Positions 61,719-64,000 of a stretch of 64,000 nucleotides of DNA are shown here, in pieces. The position numbers and the translations under genes were made by a program. Under the pieces are notes generated by a model, which saw only the letters and a program-made list of their open reading frames with translations, searched no databases and had not been told where the DNA came from. Source of the stretch: an uncultured Treponema sp. (GTDB lineage: Bacteria > Spirochaetota > Spirochaetia > Treponematales > Treponemataceae); assembly GCA_937902125.1 (NCBI GenBank), contig CALDIB010000032.1:9486-73485 (forward strand), written 5' to 3'. Each line of letters starts with the position of its first letter. Positions within the stretch are counted from its first letter, which is position 1.

Positions 61719-64000
61719 ATGGAGCGATATAGCGTTACAGGAATGTCATGCGCGGCGTGCGTGGCCCGCGTTGAAAAAGCCGTGAAAAAAGTTCAAGGCG
61801 TGGAGTCTTGCGCCGTAAGCCTTTTAACCAATTCAATGGCGGTAGAAGGAAGCGCTGACTCTCAAAAAATAATCCAAGCCGTTCAAGAGGCTGGATACGG
61901 CGCCGCGATTAAGGGGCAAGACAAGTCCGCCGAAAAGAAACAGCGTGATTTTGACCAAGGCCTTGAGGACACAGAAAGCCCCCGGCTTGCCAAGCGTTTG
62001 GCGTTCTCGGCGCTCTTTTTGCTTTTGCTGATGTATTTTTCTATGGGGCGGGTCATGTTTTCCTTGCCCTTGCCAAAATTTTTTGACGATAATTTTGTGG
62101 CGCTCGGACTTGTCCAGCTTTTGCTGGCCGCGATTGTCATGGTCATAAACCAAAAGTTTTTTTTAAATGGTTTTAAGGCTTTGCTTGGAGCCGCCCCGAA
62201 TATGGACAGCCTTGTGGCTTTGGGGAGCGGAGCCAGTTTTGTTTACAGTTCCGTCGTTTTGTTTGCCATGACAGATGCCCAAGCGGCGGGCGATTCCCAA
62301 CGGGCGATGGCCTTGGTCCATGACTTGTATTTTGAAGGCGCCGCGATGATTGTCACGCTTATAACGGTTGGCAAAATGCTTGAGGCTCGGGCAAAGGGAA
62401 AAACTACAAGCGCCCTCAAAGCCTTGATGAAGCTTTCGCCAAAGACCGCTTGCGCCATTCGCGATGGAAAGGAAATTGTCGTTCCAATAGAAGAATTGCA
62501 AGTTGGCGATTTTTTTGCTGTCAGGCCAGGGGAAAGCGTTCCTGTTGACGGCCTTGTTGTTGAAGGAACCGGCGCTGTCAACGAATCAGCGCTTACAGGG
62601 GAAAGCGTTCCTGTTGACAAATCGGAAGGCGACCGCGTATTTTGCGCGACGATGAATTTGTCGGGCTACTTAAAGTGCAAGGCCGTACGTGTTGGGCAGG
62701 ACACAAGCTTGAGCCAGATTATTAAAATGGTTGGCGACGCGGCGGCTACAAAAGCTCCCGCGCAAAAAATAGCCGACAAAGTTTCGGGCGTTTTTGTTCC
62801 AATAGTTATTTTAATCGCGCTTGTCGCAAGCGCTGTTTGGCTTTTGCTTGGAAAAGATTTTAGTTTCGCTCTGGCAAGAGGAATCAGCGTCCTTGTGATT
62901 AGCTGTCCTTGCGCGTTGGGCCTTGCTACTCCCGTGGCGATTATGGTGGGAAGCGGCGTCGGCGCCAGAAACGGAATTTTGTTCAAAAGCGCTTCCGCCT
63001 TGGAGTTGACCGGAAGGACAAAAATCGTCGCGCTGGACAAAACTGGAACGATAACAAAAGGCCGGCCGATTGTCACTGACATCTTTTGCGCTCAAGGCGT
63101 TTCTGAAACTGAATTGCTTCAGACGGCGCTGGACATTGAGGCTAAGAGCGAGCATCCGTTGGCAAAAGCCGTTTTGCAAAAAGCTTCTGAGCTGGACTTG
63201 TTCCCTAGGCCTGTTCAAGAGTTTAAGGCTTTGGCGGGAAATGGAATCAGCGCAAAATGCGACGGCTCATGCGATTTGCTTGCGGGAAGCGTTCGTTTTA
63301 TCCAGTCAAAAGTCGATTTTGAAAAAGAAGCGCTTGCCGCCGCTGATAATTTTTCTGACCAGGGAAAAACTCCTCTCGCTTTTGCGCGGCAAAATAAATT
63401 GCTTGGAATAATCGCCGTGGCTGACACTATAAAAGAAGATTCCGCCGCCGCCATAAAAGAATTGAATTCCCTTGGCGTCCAAACGGTCATGCTTACAGGC
63501 GACAATCAAAAGACCGCCTCATTCATAGCGAGAACAGCCGGCGTTGACCAAACTTTTGCCGGCCTTCTTCCAGAACAAAAAGCCGCCGTTATAAACGATT
63601 TAAAAAAAGACGGAAACGTGGCGATGATAGGCGACGGCATAAACGACGCGGTGGCTTTGACGGCCGCCGATGTTGGCATGGCGATTGGCGCGGGCGCGGA
63701 TGTGGCGCTTGACGCGGCGGACGTTGTTTTGGTAAAAAATTCATTGCAGGACGCTGTGACGGCAATTCGTTTGAGCCGCGCTTGCTTGCGGAACATTCGC
63801 CAAAATTTGTTTTGGGCTTTTTTTTACAACGCGCTTGGAATTCCTTTGGCGGCGGGGGCTTGGATAAGGTTGCTTGGCTGGAAGTTGAATCCGATGTTCG
63901 GAGCGGCGGCCATGAGCCTTTCCAGTTTTTGCGTTGTTTCAAACGCCCTGCGGCTGAATCTTTTCAAGGCAAAAAAAATGTCCGCTGGCGAAAATAATTC
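61719..64000 (+). CDS. copA: copper-translocating P1B-type ATPase (3' end runs off the window)
   Basis: Own translation from ATG 61719: MERYSVTGMSCAACVARVEKAV (HMA domain), then TGES, CPCALGLATP, DKTGTIT. Not in the ORF track because no stop lies in the window. Confidence 0.9.
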   Translation, partial: MERYSVTGMSCAACVARVEKAVKKVQGVESCAVSLLTNSMAVEGSADSQKIIQAVQEAGYGAAIKGQDKSAEKKQRDFDQGLEDTESPRLAKRLAFSALFLLLLMYFSMGRVMFSLPLPKFFDDNFVALGLVQLLLAAIVMVINQKFFLNGFKALLGAAPNMDSLVALGSGASFVYSSVVLFAMTDAQAAGDSQRAMALVHDLYFEGAAMIVTLITVGKMLEARAKGKTTSALKALMKLSPKTACAIRDGKEIVVPIEELQVGDFFAVRPGESVPVDGLVVEGTGAVNESALTGESVPVDKSEGDRVFCATMNLSGYLKCKAVRVGQDTSLSQIIKMVGDAAATKAPAQKIADKVSGVFVPIVILIALVASAVWLLLGKDFSFALARGISVLVISCPCALGLATPVAIMVGSGVGARNGILFKSASALELTGRTKIVALDKTGTITKGRPIVTDIFCAQGVSETELLQTALDIEAKSEHPLAKAVLQKASELDLFPRPVQEFKALAGNGISAKCDGSCDLLAGSVRFIQSKVDFEKEALAAADNFSDQGKTPLAFARQNKLLGIIAVADTIKEDSAAAIKELNSLGVQTVMLTGDNQKTASFIARTAGVDQTFAGLLPEQKAAVINDLKKDGNVAMIGDGINDAVALTAADVGMAIGAGADVALDAADVVLVKNSLQDAVTAIRLSRACLRNIRQNLFWAFFYNALGIPLAAGAWIRLLGWKLNPMFGAAAMSLSSFCVVSNALRLNLFKAKKMSAGENN

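Overview
This 64-kb chromosomal segment looks spirochaete (Treponema-like) from gene content and protein sequences. That is my recognition only and cannot be verified here. I can support about 58 protein genes, 3 tRNAs (Asp-GTC, Pro-CGG, Met-CAT) and several intrinsic terminators. I see no rRNA, CRISPR array, transposase or integrase. Most of the window is housekeeping: aspS, pyrE, purA, murD-ddl-murE, queD, hisFH, deoD, mazG, recQ-like, dus, tatD. Envelope and transport genes include an RND pump with TolC and adaptor, three MATE paralogs, a metal ABC importer, copA and OmpA-like proteins. Signalling genes are two dCache MCP paralogs and a GAF-GGDEF cyclase. The one clear accessory insertion is an AT-rich 2.8-kb type II restriction-modification pair (m5C methyltransferase plus an unrecognised PD-(D/E)XK enzyme) wedged between aspS and pyrE. 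The most unusual signals are regulatory rather than a gene cluster. (1) At least 13-15 transcription units have a good sigma70-type -10 box only 6-8 nt from the ATG, so they look leaderless; this also corrects several ORF-track starts. (2) A promoter-to-terminator unit of about 80 nt with no ORF, next to a DtxR/TroR-type regulator, carries two UUCUCC anti-Shine-Dalgarno-like motifs. (3) An outer-membrane-barrel-like gene is disrupted by an A9 tract and an in-frame TGA. (4) Several intergenic regions hold structured palindromes or repeats. (5) Some gene fusions and modules have no obvious function: YegP with a histone-H1-like tail, MATE fused to a GHKL-like domain, and a TlpA / small CXXC peptide / 4Fe-4S membrane protein trio. 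I did not find a multi-gene cluster that I can confidently call a new defence or other system, and the candidates are scored accordingly.
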